This document shows positions 21,617 through 31,340 of a stretch of DNA of 63,233 bases, in pieces. The position numbers were made by a program, and so were the translations under genes. This stretch comes from Caldisericia bacterium (GTDB taxonomy: Bacteria > Caldisericota > Caldisericia > JAAYUI01), in the NCBI GenBank assembly GCA_017992555.1, contig JAGOOK010000004.1, positions 1-63,233 of the forward strand, read 5' to 3'. The notes under the pieces were generated by a model. That model had not been told where the DNA came from. It saw only the letters and a program-made list of their open reading frames with translations, and made no database searches. How positions within the stretch are numbered: position 1 is the first letter of the stretch; each line of letters opens with the position of its first letter.

Positions 21617-22155
21617 CCCAGCTCCTTTGACCAGAGGGGCTCGTATGCTGGCCCCAAATTTGAAAGAATTGACTTAAAAAATACCACATTTTTAAAAAAA
21701 AGCTCGCCTTGCGGCGGTGATGGAAGTTCCGCAACAGCTTTCACAAAATCAAACGGCTCCTTTATCCTGCCCAAAGTCAGATGTGAAACAAACGGTCTCT
21801 CTTCAAGCGAAAAACCAAATTTATTGCAAATACCATCTATTTTTTGCGCAACCTCAGCGCACGTTGGGCTTTCGAGACCAACCCAGAGGACTCTGGGTCC
21901 TCTGAGATTTGGGAAACCACCAAACCTGGAAAACCTGTATGGGATCTTTTGAAAAACCATTCCTTCAAGTTCACCAGATATTTTCTGTGCAATACCCTCT
22001 TCAGTATCTCCAAGAAATTTCAATGTAAGATGGAAATTCCCCTTCCTTGTCCAGCTTGCGCTTGCTCCAGAGCTCTTGAGCACAGGCATTATCTCATCAA
22101 GATATGTCAGGGTAGAGGCATCAAGCCCAAGGGCAATAAATGTCCTAATGGCCAA
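21613..22155 (-). CDS. thpR: RNA 2',3'-cyclic phosphodiesterase (LigT/ThpR, 2H family)
   Basis: RTFIAL start, two HxT motifs ([16 protein letters not shown]). Confidence 0.93.
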   Translation of the reverse strand: MAIRTFIALGLDASTLTYLDEIMPVLKSSGASASWTRKGNFHLTLKFLGDTEEGIAQKISGELEGMVFQKIPYRFSRFGGFPNLRGPRVLWVGLESPTCAEVAQKIDGICNKFGFSLEERPFVSHLTLGRIKEPFDFVKAVAELPSPPQGELFFKNVVFFKSILSNLGPAYEPLWSKELG

Positions 22156-23452
22156 CTTTCACACCTCCGAGATCATAAGGCGAGAAAGAATTTACCTTGA
22201 CGTTTACAATATCACCCCTCTTGATATTTGCACCTTTCACGGAAACTGTCCCGTCAATCTCAGGGGCATCGGCCATCGACCTCCCGATTGCCGTGTCTTT
22301 GCCGATACCATCAATGATTACAGGCAATATCTGTCGCTTGAGCCTCGAGTTGTTTTCAAGCGATATCTCGCTTTGAAGGGCCATCAGGGTGTTCCAGCGA
22401 TAGTTTGCAACCCTCGAAGAAACCTGTCTCATTTTGTAAGAGAGGGTGTTTTCTTCTGGCGAATACCTGAAGACCCCCAGCCTGTCAAAAGATGTCTCCC
22501 TGATAAAAGAGACGAGTTCATCAAAATCCTTCCTGTCCTCGCCAGGGAAACCAACGATGATTGATGACCTCAAAATGGCATTCTTGAATGAACCCCTGAT
22601 CGTTTTAATGAGAAGGCGAATATCATCTCTTCCCGGGCTGGGTCTTCCCATCGCCGAAAGGATCTTGTCGCTTATGTGCTGGAACGGAATGTCAAAATAT
22701 GGAAGCACTTTTTTAACAGTAAGGGCCGCAAGGACATTTTCCGTAAGGTGCATTGGGTTCAGGTACATTACTCTTATCCACTCAATGCCATCAATTTGCG
22801 AGAGCTCTTCCATCAATTTTTTCAAATCATAAGGGTCTTTTGCGTCAAGCCCGACAATGGAAGTATCTTGTGCAATAATGATGATTTCCTTGACACCAAT
22901 TGAGGCAAGTGCCTTTGCCTCAAGGACGAGGTCCTTGAGCTCAAAACTGTGGTAGGGGCCCCTTATTGAAGGAATGGTGCAAAAAGAGCATTTATGGGAG
23001 CACCCCTCGGCAACCCTTAGATATGCCACATGGGGCAGTGTCAGCTGGAGTCTTGGGAGTGGTGAGCCCTGCGGCGCATGGGTGGGGGACCTTTCAAATG
23101 CCAGCGATCCGTTGGCCACGAGCACAGCAAGATCATTTTTGCCGGTACCGAGAAAAGCATCAACACCCTTGTATCTTTCCTTTATCTGTTCCCCGACAAG
23201 CTGGGGAAGACAGCCAGTCACAACAATGCGCTTTATTTTGCCGGCCCTTTTGAGCTTGATGGCATTTTTGATCGTCTGTTCAGACTCTTCCCTTGCATCT
23301 CCAATAAAAGAGCATGTATTTATGAAAAGAATGTCGCAATCCTGGTCACCAAGGACTATTTCATAATCCTCTTTTGCAAGCAAGGCCATCATCTGTTCGG
23401 AATCTACCAAGGCTTTCGGGCAGCCAAGACTGATAAGCCCAACCCTTGTCAC
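22145..23452 (-). CDS. rimO: Ribosomal protein S12 methylthiotransferase RimO
   Basis: SLGCPKALVDSE, INTCSFI, radical SAM CSHKCSFC, IVGFPGE, APEIDG TRAM tail. Confidence 0.95.
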   Translation of the reverse strand: MTRVGLISLGCPKALVDSEQMMALLAKEDYEIVLGDQDCDILFINTCSFIGDAREESEQTIKNAIKLKRAGKIKRIVVTGCLPQLVGEQIKERYKGVDAFLGTGKNDLAVLVANGSLAFERSPTHAPQGSPLPRLQLTLPHVAYLRVAEGCSHKCSFCTIPSIRGPYHSFELKDLVLEAKALASIGVKEIIIIAQDTSIVGLDAKDPYDLKKLMEELSQIDGIEWIRVMYLNPMHLTENVLAALTVKKVLPYFDIPFQHISDKILSAMGRPSPGRDDIRLLIKTIRGSFKNAILRSSIIVGFPGEDRKDFDELVSFIRETSFDRLGVFRYSPEENTLSYKMRQVSSRVANYRWNTLMALQSEISLENNSRLKRQILPVIIDGIGKDTAIGRSMADAPEIDGTVSVKGANIKRGDIVNVKVNSFSPYDLGGVKVGH

Positions 23453-25806
23453 TTCTTCCTCCGTGAGGATTGGTGTTTTATGGCAATCTTGATGACGTCA
23501 AAAACATTCTCCACAAAAACTATTTTTATCTCGGAGAGCACGTCTGTCGGTATTTTTTTACTATCAGCTTCATTGTCCTTTGGCAAGATGACAGTTTTAA
23601 TACCATAGCGGTGCGCGGCCAGTACTTTTTCCTTTACTCCACCAATTGGAAGGACAGATCCCCTTAGGGTTATCTCTCCAGTCATTGCAACATCTGATCT
23701 GACAGGCAAACCTGAAATTGCAGAGACAAGCGAGGTTATAATACCAATTCCTGCAGATGGGCCATCTTTGGGGATTGCACCTTCAGGGAAATGTATGTGT
23801 ATGTCGGTTTTGTCAGCGCTGTAAGATTCTGGAAGGCCAAGCTCTTTTCTGTGGCTCCTCACAAACGACATGGCGGCCGTTGCAGATTCCTTCATTACAT
23901 CGCCAAGCTGACCAGTGAGTATAAGTTTCCCCGAGCCCTCCATCAGTGTGCATTCGATGAAGAGGACTTCACCGCCATTTTCTGTAACGGCCAGTCCCGT
24001 GGCAATTCCAACCTCGTCCTTTTTGAGCTGGACGTCAGATTTGAATATCGGAACATCAAGATAATCTGAAAGCTTTTCCGGAAGTATGGTTATTTTCTCC
24101 AGCTTGCTGGTTTCAACCTTGTTTTTGGCCACCTTGCGCATGATTGAAGCAATCCTGCGCTCAAGAGTTCTGAGGCCAGCTTCTCTGGTGTAAAGTCTTA
24201 TCACGTCATCTATTGTTTCATCTGGCAATTCCACATCATCTGCAGTAAGGCCATTTTCCTTTAGCTGCTTTGGTATGAGGAACTTCTTTGCAATATGGAC
24301 TTTGTCATACTGGGTGTAGCCAGGGATTGTGATGAGCTCCATCCTGTCGAAAAGGGCTCTGGGAATAGTGTGGGAGACATTGGCGGTTGTCACAAAAAGT
24401 ACGCCTGACAAATCATAGGGAATTTCCAGGTAATGGTCGGAAAATGCAGTATTTTGTTCAGGGTCAAGCGCCTCAAGTAATGCTGCTGTAGGGTCTCCCC
24501 TGAAATCCAATCCTACCTTGTCAATCTCATCTAGCAGGAAAACGGGGTTTGAAGAGCCAGCAAATTTTATCCCCTGGATTATTCTGCCGGGCAAGGCACC
24601 AACGTAAGTACGCCTGTGCCCTCTTATCTCGGCTTCGTCCTTTATTCCGCCAAGCGAAACCCTTACAAATTTTCTGCCCATTGCTCTGGCAATCGATTTC
24701 CCAAGCGAGGTTTTTCCAACACCTGGAGGACCGACAAGGCAAAGGATGGGGCTTTTTGCTTTTGGGGACAACTTTCTGACTGCAAGATACTCGAGGATTC
24801 TTTCCTTGACCTCATCAAGATCGTAGTGGTCCTCGTCAAGTATTTGTTTTGCCTGCTTGATGTCTATGCAGTCCTCGGTTTTTACTTCCCAGGGGAGCGA
24901 GAAAATCCAGTCCAGGTAGTTTCTTACAACGGCCGCTTCTGCTGCCATTGAGGGCATCTTTTCAAGCTTGTCCAGCTGCTCGTTTACGGCCTCCACAACA
25001 TAGACAGGAAGGTTTGATCTTTCCTCAAGCTTCTTTCTGAATTCCGATATGTCGTTTGAAAATTCAGAGCTGGACTCACCAAGTTCTTTCTGGATGGCCT
25101 TGAGCTGTTCCCGCAGGTAAAATTCTTTTTGGGTCTTGTCTATCTTGTTGCGTACTTCAGATTCTATCTTGTTCTGGATATTAAGGACTTCAAGCTCGGA
25201 GCTGACAAGATCAATGAGCCTGACGAGCCTGTCTTTGGTTGGTGCTATTGAGAGGATTTCCTGCTTTTCCGATATCGAAAGACCGATGTTTGCGGCAACA
25301 ATATCAACCATCTGGTTTGGCTCTTCAACTTCAGAGAGACCAAGGAGCATTTCTGGGAGGAGCCTCTTGTTTATCCTGAAATATTCATCAAATTTCCCGG
25401 TAAGCACCCTCATGAGCGCCTTGATTCCAGGATTTTTTTCTAAAGTTTCGTTAAAAGGCTCGACTATTGCTTTGGTAAATTTTTCACCATCAACAAATTT
25501 CTTTATCTTTACTCTTCTGATGCCTTCTGCAATGACCCTGAGATTTCCATCCGGCATCTTTTGCTGGAGTTGCAATATCTCGCAGCCAACACCAACATCA
25601 TAAAGATCGCTAGCGCCAGGCTCGTCAACCATTTCAGATTTTTGTGTGCAGACAACAATCATCCTGTCATTGGCATAAGCCTCTTCAACCGCAGCTACTG
25701 ACCTTTCCCTGCCAATAATCAGGGGGACAGTCATGCCGGGGAACATGACAAGATTCCTCAATGGCACAAAAGGAGCTTCAGCAAGTTCCCATTTTGACCC
25801 AGGCAT
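23449..25806 (-). CDS. lon: ATP-dependent protease La (LonA)
   Basis: LON N-domain, GPPGVGKTS, RGHRRTYVGA, LLDEIDK, PKDGPSAG catalytic Ser. Confidence 0.98.
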   Translation of the reverse strand: MPGSKWELAEAPFVPLRNLVMFPGMTVPLIIGRERSVAAVEEAYANDRMIVVCTQKSEMVDEPGASDLYDVGVGCEILQLQQKMPDGNLRVIAEGIRRVKIKKFVDGEKFTKAIVEPFNETLEKNPGIKALMRVLTGKFDEYFRINKRLLPEMLLGLSEVEEPNQMVDIVAANIGLSISEKQEILSIAPTKDRLVRLIDLVSSELEVLNIQNKIESEVRNKIDKTQKEFYLREQLKAIQKELGESSSEFSNDISEFRKKLEERSNLPVYVVEAVNEQLDKLEKMPSMAAEAAVVRNYLDWIFSLPWEVKTEDCIDIKQAKQILDEDHYDLDEVKERILEYLAVRKLSPKAKSPILCLVGPPGVGKTSLGKSIARAMGRKFVRVSLGGIKDEAEIRGHRRTYVGALPGRIIQGIKFAGSSNPVFLLDEIDKVGLDFRGDPTAALLEALDPEQNTAFSDHYLEIPYDLSGVLFVTTANVSHTIPRALFDRMELITIPGYTQYDKVHIAKKFLIPKQLKENGLTADDVELPDETIDDVIRLYTREAGLRTLERRIASIMRKVAKNKVETSKLEKITILPEKLSDYLDVPIFKSDVQLKKDEVGIATGLAVTENGGEVLFIECTLMEGSGKLILTGQLGDVMKESATAAMSFVRSHRKELGLPESYSADKTDIHIHFPEGAIPKDGPSAGIGIITSLVSAISGLPVRSDVAMTGEITLRGSVLPIGGVKEKVLAAHRYGIKTVILPKDNEADSKKIPTDVLSEIKIVFVENVFDVIKIAIKHQSSRRKK

Positions 25807-27068
25807 CAGGCTGTCCTCTCCAGCGACATTTCTGCTCCATCCGAATCAATCAGAGTGGGTGACTTTATTCCCCTCGCTGCATCGGCATCAACAATGCATC
25901 TTGCAGCTGTTTTCATTGAGGGCAGGGAGTAGAGCACGTCTAGCATAATATTTTCAAAAATCCCTCTCAGCGCCCTGGCGCCTGTTCCAAGCTTTTTTGC
26001 CCTCTCTGCTATTGCCAGCAAGGCATCCGGAGTAACAACAAGCTGGGCACCCTCTGCAGCAAGAATTGTTTCGTACTGCTTTACTAGGGAATTTCTTGGC
26101 TCAACAAGTATTCTTGCAAGTTCATCAGTGCTTAGGTCTGAAACACTCGTTACAATCGGAAAGCGGCCGACAAATTCCGGTATCATGCCAAACTTTATTA
26201 GATCATCGGGTGTGACCTGGGAAAGCAGGGATGATTCCTCAATTTGCTCAACCGGCTGCCTGTTGTATCCGACCTGTCTTTTGCCAAGTCTGTTGGCAAT
26301 TATCTTCGGGAGTGATTCAAACATCCCGCCAACAATGAAGAGTATCTTCGTTGTGTCTACTTGTATGAACTGCTGTTGGGGGTGTTTTCTTCCACCCTGT
26401 GGTGGGACATTGCAAACGGTCCCTTCAACCATCTTCAAAAGCGCCTGTTGGACACCTTCACCGGAGACATCTCTTGTTATCGAAGGGTTCTCGGACTTTC
26501 TTCCTATCTTGTCTATCTCGTCTATGTAGACGATACCGACCTGTGCGGCATCAACGTCCCAGTCTGCTGATCTGAGGAGGCCAAGAAGCACATTCTCTAC
26601 ATCTTCGCCAACATAGCCAGCTTCAGTAAGTGTTGTTGCATCTGCAATTGCAAAAGGAACATTAAGTATTTTTGCAAGTGTTTTTGCTATCAAGGTCTTT
26701 CCTGAACCGGTTGGCCCAATGAGCATGATGTTGGATTTTTCAACCTCAACACCGGTTGATTTGAAGCCAAGCACGGAACGGTAATGCTTGTAAACACCAA
26801 CAGATATGACTTTTTTGGCCTGGTTCTGGCCAATGATGTGGCTGTCGAGCTTTTTGTGTATCTCCTCTGGGGGAGGAACATGTCCGATGCGCCTTTTTAT
26901 TTTGCGGGTCGACTCGTCCTGCAAAAGCTTTGAGCCAAGATTGATGCAATTTTCACATATCAGGGCACCATTGCCCTCCATCCCGCGAACACCAATAGAC
27001 AACGGCTGGCCACAGAAAGAACAGATCTGTTGCTTGTCTTTTTCTTCTTCAGACATTTTGCTTGCCAA
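25806..27068 (-). CDS. clpX: ATP-dependent Clp protease ATPase ClpX
   Basis: C4 zinc finger CSFC...[37 protein letters not shown]. Confidence 0.98.
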   Translation of the reverse strand: MASKMSEEEKDKQQICSFCGQPLSIGVRGMEGNGALICENCINLGSKLLQDESTRKIKRRIGHVPPPEEIHKKLDSHIIGQNQAKKVISVGVYKHYRSVLGFKSTGVEVEKSNIMLIGPTGSGKTLIAKTLAKILNVPFAIADATTLTEAGYVGEDVENVLLGLLRSADWDVDAAQVGIVYIDEIDKIGRKSENPSITRDVSGEGVQQALLKMVEGTVCNVPPQGGRKHPQQQFIQVDTTKILFIVGGMFESLPKIIANRLGKRQVGYNRQPVEQIEESSLLSQVTPDDLIKFGMIPEFVGRFPIVTSVSDLSTDELARILVEPRNSLVKQYETILAAEGAQLVVTPDALLAIAERAKKLGTGARALRGIFENIMLDVLYSLPSMKTAARCIVDADAARGIKSPTLIDSDGAEMSLERTA

Positions 27069-27648
27069 CTGACTCTATGACCTTGTCAACAAGCCCGTAC
27101 TCTACGGCTTCCTGCGACTCCATGAAGAAGTCCCTTTCAGTATCTGCCTGGATTTTATCCAGCGGCTGGCCTGTATGTCTGGCAAGAATTTCGTTGACAG
27201 CCTTCTTCATCCTGAGCATTTCTTTTGCCTGGATTTCAATGTCTGTTGCCTGACCCTGCGCACCGCCTGCGGGCTGATGGATCATTATTCTGGAATGTGG
27301 AAGAGCAAAACGCTTCCCTTTGGCGCCTGAAGCCAGGAGAATAGCTCCCATCGAGGCGGCCTGGCCAATGCAGATCGTTGATACTGGCGCAGAAATGTAT
27401 TGCATAGTGTCATAAATGGCAAGACCGGACGTTATTACGCCGCCAGGAGAGTTGATATAAAGGCTGATTTCTTTTTTGGGGTCTTCAGCATCAAGATAGA
27501 GCAACTGGGCTACTACAGAATTGGCTGTTGCATCTTCGATCATTTCGCCGCCAAGAAAAATTATGCGGTCTTTAAGGAGCCTGCTGTAAATGTCATATTG
27601 ACGCTCACCGTAGCCGGTTTGCTCAATAACCCACGGAACAAGATTCAT
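27049..27648 (-). CDS. clpP: Clp protease proteolytic subunit ClpP
   Basis: [40 protein letters not shown]. Confidence 0.99.
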   Translation of the reverse strand: MNLVPWVIEQTGYGERQYDIYSRLLKDRIIFLGGEMIEDATANSVVAQLLYLDAEDPKKEISLYINSPGGVITSGLAIYDTMQYISAPVSTICIGQAASMGAILLASGAKGKRFALPHSRIMIHQPAGGAQGQATDIEIQAKEMLRMKKAVNEILARHTGQPLDKIQADTERDFFMESQEAVEYGLVDKVIESVGKQNV

Positions 27649-27656
27649 GGTTCACC

Positions 27657-28919
27657 TCACTGTTTTTCTGTGAGCTGAACCTTCCCCATCAAATACTCGA
27701 CGGTTTTTCTTCTTTTGATAATTCTGGCGAGATTTTTCCTGACCTGCTCATCGTTTTGGTCTATGGCCGGTCTTCTCGCATCCTTCATTGCCTTTGAGAT
27801 TGCTGCAATTTCCTGGTCAATCTCTTCTTTTGAAACTTCAATGGAATTTTCTTTTGAATAGTCGTCGAGTATAACATCCAACTTGGCTTGGTTTGTTGCT
27901 TTTGGGGTTAGTTCAGCCCTGAGCTGCTCCTCATTGATAGCTCTTTTTTCCATGTACATTTCAAGTGTGATGTTCTTTTTTGAAAGGTCCCTGGCGAGCT
28001 TTTCAATTTCATCATCAACAGATGATTCAACGAGGTTTTCTGGCAACTCAATATTTGTCTTTTCAAGTAAGGCCTTGGCTATCATGGACTCAATATACTC
28101 CTCTTTGGCGTCCTTTGCCTGTTCAAGAAGCTCATTTTTTACAATGTCCTTCAAGGCCTCAACGTTTTCAACATGTAGTGTCTTGGCGAAATCATCATCA
28201 AGATTTGGCAATATTCTTTCTTTTATTTCGCCTATATTAATCTCAATTTCAACAGGTTCTTGCCCAGAAGAAATCTCGGCCATGACTCTTTTTGTATCAC
28301 CCGATTTTACACCGACAAGATTTTTGTCAAAATCTTTGACAAAATCTTCCATCCCGACTTCTACAAGTTCTTCTTTTTTCCTGTCAGATGCTCTTCCATC
28401 TGTGATAACAGACCACTTGAAATAAACAAAATCACCCTTTTTGGCTTTTCTGTCCACAGGGGCCATTGAAGCGTATCTGCCTCTGATGTTATCGATGGCT
28501 TTTGTCATATCTGTATCGGTAACATCAAATTTTGGAACTTCAATAGCAACTTTGGAAGGGTCTGCAAGCTCATAATCCGGGATAAAAAAGATTTTTATTG
28601 TAAGATTGAGTGGGCCATCACCTTCAAAAGAATCAACTTCAAAAGTTGGACTTCCAACAACTCTGATTGTTTTTCCTGAAAGCATTTCTTTGAGAGCTTG
28701 CCTTGCAGCAATCTCCGTGAAATCTTCTTTCATTGACTCAATGCCAACGTGCGTGGCGAAAATCTTAAAAGGGGCTTTGCCAGGTCTGAATCCGGGGATC
28801 TTTATCCTTGAGACATTATCTTTGTATACCTGTTCAAACCCTTGACTCACCTCATCAGGGGTGAAGGTGGCCTTTCCAACTAGAGTTGTCCGGCCCTCTG
28901 GATTTGTTGTTATTTGCAT
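27657..28919 (-). CDS. tig: Trigger factor (start ATG 28919 after SD AGGTGA; ORF track starts at 28925)
   Basis: IPGFRPGKAP ribosome-binding motif, FKBP-like middle domain; tig-clpP-clpX-lon order. Confidence 0.93.
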   Translation of the reverse strand: MQITTNPEGRTTLVGKATFTPDEVSQGFEQVYKDNVSRIKIPGFRPGKAPFKIFATHVGIESMKEDFTEIAARQALKEMLSGKTIRVVGSPTFEVDSFEGDGPLNLTIKIFFIPDYELADPSKVAIEVPKFDVTDTDMTKAIDNIRGRYASMAPVDRKAKKGDFVYFKWSVITDGRASDRKKEELVEVGMEDFVKDFDKNLVGVKSGDTKRVMAEISSGQEPVEIEINIGEIKERILPNLDDDFAKTLHVENVEALKDIVKNELLEQAKDAKEEYIESMIAKALLEKTNIELPENLVESSVDDEIEKLARDLSKKNITLEMYMEKRAINEEQLRAELTPKATNQAKLDVILDDYSKENSIEVSKEEIDQEIAAISKAMKDARRPAIDQNDEQVRKNLARIIKRRKTVEYLMGKVQLTEKQ

Positions 28920-28934
28920 GTTCACCTAAAACTT

Positions 28935-29009
28935 TGGAGCGGAAGACGGGACTTGAACCCGCGACATCCACCTTGGCAAGGTGGCGCTCTACCGCTGAGC
29001 TACTTCCGC
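28935..29009 (-). tRNA. tRNA-Gly(GCC)
   Basis: GCGGAAGTAGCTCAGCGGTAGAGCGCCACCTT-GCC-AAGGTGG...GGTTCAAGTCCCGTCTTCCGCTCCA; CCA encoded. Confidence 0.97.
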
Positions 29010-29022
29010 GCCGCTATTTTTT

Positions 29023-29108
29023 TGGTGCGAAGGGCGGGACTTGAACCCGCACAGGTTTAACCCTACTGGATCCTAAGTCCAGCGCGTCTGCCATTCCGCC
29101 ACCCTCGC
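29023..29108 (-). tRNA. tRNA-Leu(TAG)
   Basis: GCGAGGGTGGCGGAATGGCAGACGCGCTGGACT-TAG-GATCCAG, long variable arm, GTTCAAGTC, ACCA end. Confidence 0.97.
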
Positions 29109-29141
29109 GCACGAACCTAACTTTCAAACTACGAGTTTGGT

Positions 29142-29169
29142 AGTATAGCAACAAAAGTTAACGAATCAA
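29142..29169 (-). promoter_or_regulatory. Putative promoter for tRNA-Leu/tRNA-Gly/tig operon
   Basis: Minus strand TTGATT-N16-TATACT with TGn extension. Confidence 0.5.
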
Positions 29170-30131
29170 GGGGTGCTTGATGCAACTTCCTCAGAAAGAG
29201 AAGACCAGGCATCATCGCTGGCAAGCAAGATTGCATCTGGTTTGTAAAAGGCCTGAACCAACCCAAGGTTCCTGAAAATACTTATCTCTTCACCCTTAAA
29301 CATGGGGACTGTCGCTCTTATTGTTTTTACTTCTTTTTTAATAAAACCGGACAATGACGAATGGACAAGTTTTGCCATTATTTCGACAGATTTGGGAATT
29401 GGCATGCAACCGAGTGCAAGAATTTCCCCATACTCTCCTCTATCAATCGCAAGAACTGCACCAGCAAGTCTATTGCCCCTTAATGCCATAAATGAAACTG
29501 AGCCATCAACCTTGCCACCAGAGGTCTCTTTTTGTTCCAGAAGCCACCTGTATCTTGGTTCCCTCTCAGGAAGTTCCTTGACTATTTCCAAATCTCCGAG
29601 ATCTGATGTTGCAATGACCTGAGAAGCTTCGTTTTCAAACTCTTCCCTCCAAGGGGAAATTGTTATTCCGTCTACATTTGGAACCTGAGGAAGTTCACCC
29701 TTTGCCCATATCATTTCAACCTGTGGCTGAACCATAAACCCAAGAGAAATCAATGGTCGGGAAATATAATCTTCTCTGCCAAAACAGATTGATTTAAATT
29801 CGATCACTTCAAGGGGGGATTGTTTGACAAGCCCGCGATAACACTCGCGGACCATTCCGCTAACAATCGACCCTCTTTCAGGCTCGTTTATTATCAGTGC
29901 TGAAACAATAGAGCCAACTGTCTCTTTCCTGTCAATACACATATATCCGACAAGCTTTGGGCCCTGTATTGCAGTTATTATAATACCAGAAGATTTGATT
30001 GGCTCACGGACATTCTGCTCAATTATCTCGTTTATCTCACCCGAAAATGAAAGATCTGAAAGTTCCCTGTGGGCAAAATCGAGAATCCTTCTTTTATTCC
30101 CGTCCCAAACTGATATTTGTGTTTGTTTCAT
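29166..30131 (-). CDS. Tandem GNAT-fold protein, degenerate
   Basis: Two GNAT-like halves (KLVGYMCID...; RLAGAVLAIDRGEYGEILALGC...IFRNLGL); canonical R/QxxGxG/A motif not seen. Confidence 0.55.
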   Translation of the reverse strand: MKQTQISVWDGNKRRILDFAHRELSDLSFSGEINEIIEQNVREPIKSSGIIITAIQGPKLVGYMCIDRKETVGSIVSALIINEPERGSIVSGMVRECYRGLVKQSPLEVIEFKSICFGREDYISRPLISLGFMVQPQVEMIWAKGELPQVPNVDGITISPWREEFENEASQVIATSDLGDLEIVKELPEREPRYRWLLEQKETSGGKVDGSVSFMALRGNRLAGAVLAIDRGEYGEILALGCMPIPKSVEIMAKLVHSSLSGFIKKEVKTIRATVPMFKGEEISIFRNLGLVQAFYKPDAILLASDDAWSSLSEEVASSTP

Positions 30132-30139
30132 CTAATTTT

Positions 30140-30215
30140 TGGTGGGATGCACAGGACTCGAACCTGTAACCGCCTGATTAAGAGTCAGATGCTCTACCAA
30201 TTGAGCTAGCATCCC
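30140..30215 (-). tRNA. tRNA-Lys(CTT)
   Basis: GGGATGCTAGCTCAATTGGTAGAGCATCTGACT-CTT-AATCAGG...GTTCGAGTCCTGTGCATCCCACCA. Confidence 0.97.
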
Positions 30216-30226
30216 GTTTTGGTTCT

Positions 30227-30300
30227 CGCGCCTAGCAGGAGTCGAACCCGCAACCTTCGGATCCGAAGTCCGTCGCTCTATCCAGTTGAGCTATAGGCGC
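30227..30300 (-). tRNA. tRNA-Arg(TCG)
   Basis: GCGCCTATAGCTCAACTGGATAGAGCGACGGACT-TCG-GATCCG...GTTCGACTCCTGCTAGGCGCG; no encoded CCA. Confidence 0.95.
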
Positions 30301-30306
30301 AACAAG

Positions 30307-30380
30307 TGGGCCTAACAGGATTTGAACCTGTGACCTACGGTTTAGGAAACCGTCGCTCTATCCAACTGAGCTATAGGCCC
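30307..30380 (-). tRNA. tRNA-Arg(CCT)
   Basis: GGGCCTATAGCTCAGTTGGATAGAGCGACGGTTT-CCT-AAACCGT...GTTCAAATCCTGTTAGGCCCA; no encoded CCA. Confidence 0.96.
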
Positions 30381-30398
30381 GTTTGTACAATTTTCAAC

Positions 30399-30472
<74 letters not shown>

Positions 30473-30481
30473 ATACATAAA

Positions 30482-30558
30482 TGGTCGGGGCGAGAGGATT
30501 CGAACCTCTGACCTTTTGGTCCCAAACCAAACGCGCTACCAAACTACGCCACGCCCCG
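30482..30558 (-). tRNA. tRNA-Pro(TGG)
   Basis: CGGGGCGTGGCGTAGTTTGGTAGCGCGTTTGGTT-TGG-GACCAAA...GTTCGAATCCTCTCGCCCCGACCA. Confidence 0.97.
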
Positions 30559-30593
30559 ATGTCCCGGTTGCAAAGTTCCGCAACAAGAAAAGA

Positions 30594-30621
30594 ATTATAA
30601 TTGCCTAATGTTTAATTTCAA
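30594..30621 (-). promoter_or_regulatory. Putative promoter of the Pro-Arg-Arg-Arg-Lys tRNA operon
   Basis: Minus strand TTGAAA-N16-TATAAT, 35 nt before tRNA-Pro. Confidence 0.5.
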
Positions 30622-30623
30622 GT

Positions 30624-31340
30624 CTACAAACCTAAGCGTTCCTTTATCGTCTTTTCAAGTGCGTTTGTTTCAGGGTCAGACGCGTCAAGCATGCCAACTT
30701 TCTCAACAATCTGGTTTCCCTTGTCATCGAGCAAGGTAAAATTGGGGATACCCTGCTGAACAAAGACACCACCGACTTTCCCACCGCTGTTGTCCCAGAA
30801 AACGTTGTATCCTATTCCTTCTTCTGTAGCGAAAGTTCTTGCCTGTTCAAGATTTTCTTCTGAATCTATATTGATTCCAATAATCACAAGTCCCTTGTCG
30901 CCGTATTTCTTCTGCCAGTCAAGAAGCACAGGGGTCGAAGCACGACATGGTGAACACCACTGTGCCCAGACGTCTATGAGATAAAGTTTCCCACCAAGTG
31001 AGGTTAGTTCCTTTTCAAAACCCTTCTCATCAAACCAAACTACGCTTTTTGACAAGCCGTCAGTTTTTGCCAATGCGACTGGAGAAAACCAATACGAATT
31101 TTGAGTCTTGGCACCCGATGGCTTTGCAAGATCGATTATTTCTTTCCGATTTAAACCCTGGTTTTTATCTGTATCTATCTGATTTTGATCAGATTGTTTT
31201 TCTTCCTGGTCGTTTTTAGGGAGTTGTTGTTCTTGCTGTGCTGGCATCTCATCGATAATAATCTCTCTCTGCGGACCACAAGAGGCAGCAAAAAAGACCA
31301 CCACAAAAAGGGCTATTATCATAGCTATATTTTTTCTCAT
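30624..31340 (-). CDS. TlpA/ResA-like thioredoxin-fold lipoprotein
   Basis: Lipobox FAASC; WAQWCSPC active site; GIPNFTLLD (cis-Pro). Confidence 0.9.
   Translation of the reverse strand: MRKNIAMIIALFVVVFFAASCGPQREIIIDEMPAQQEQQLPKNDQEEKQSDQNQIDTDKNQGLNRKEIIDLAKPSGAKTQNSYWFSPVALAKTDGLSKSVVWFDEKGFEKELTSLGGKLYLIDVWAQWCSPCRASTPVLLDWQKKYGDKGLVIIGINIDSEENLEQARTFATEEGIGYNVFWDNSGGKVGGVFVQQGIPNFTLLDDKGNQIVEKVGMLDASDPETNALEKTIKERLGL

Noticed and set aside
22774-22782. DnaA-box-like TTATCCACT
   Set aside because: Single imperfect copy inside rimO; no cluster or origin context
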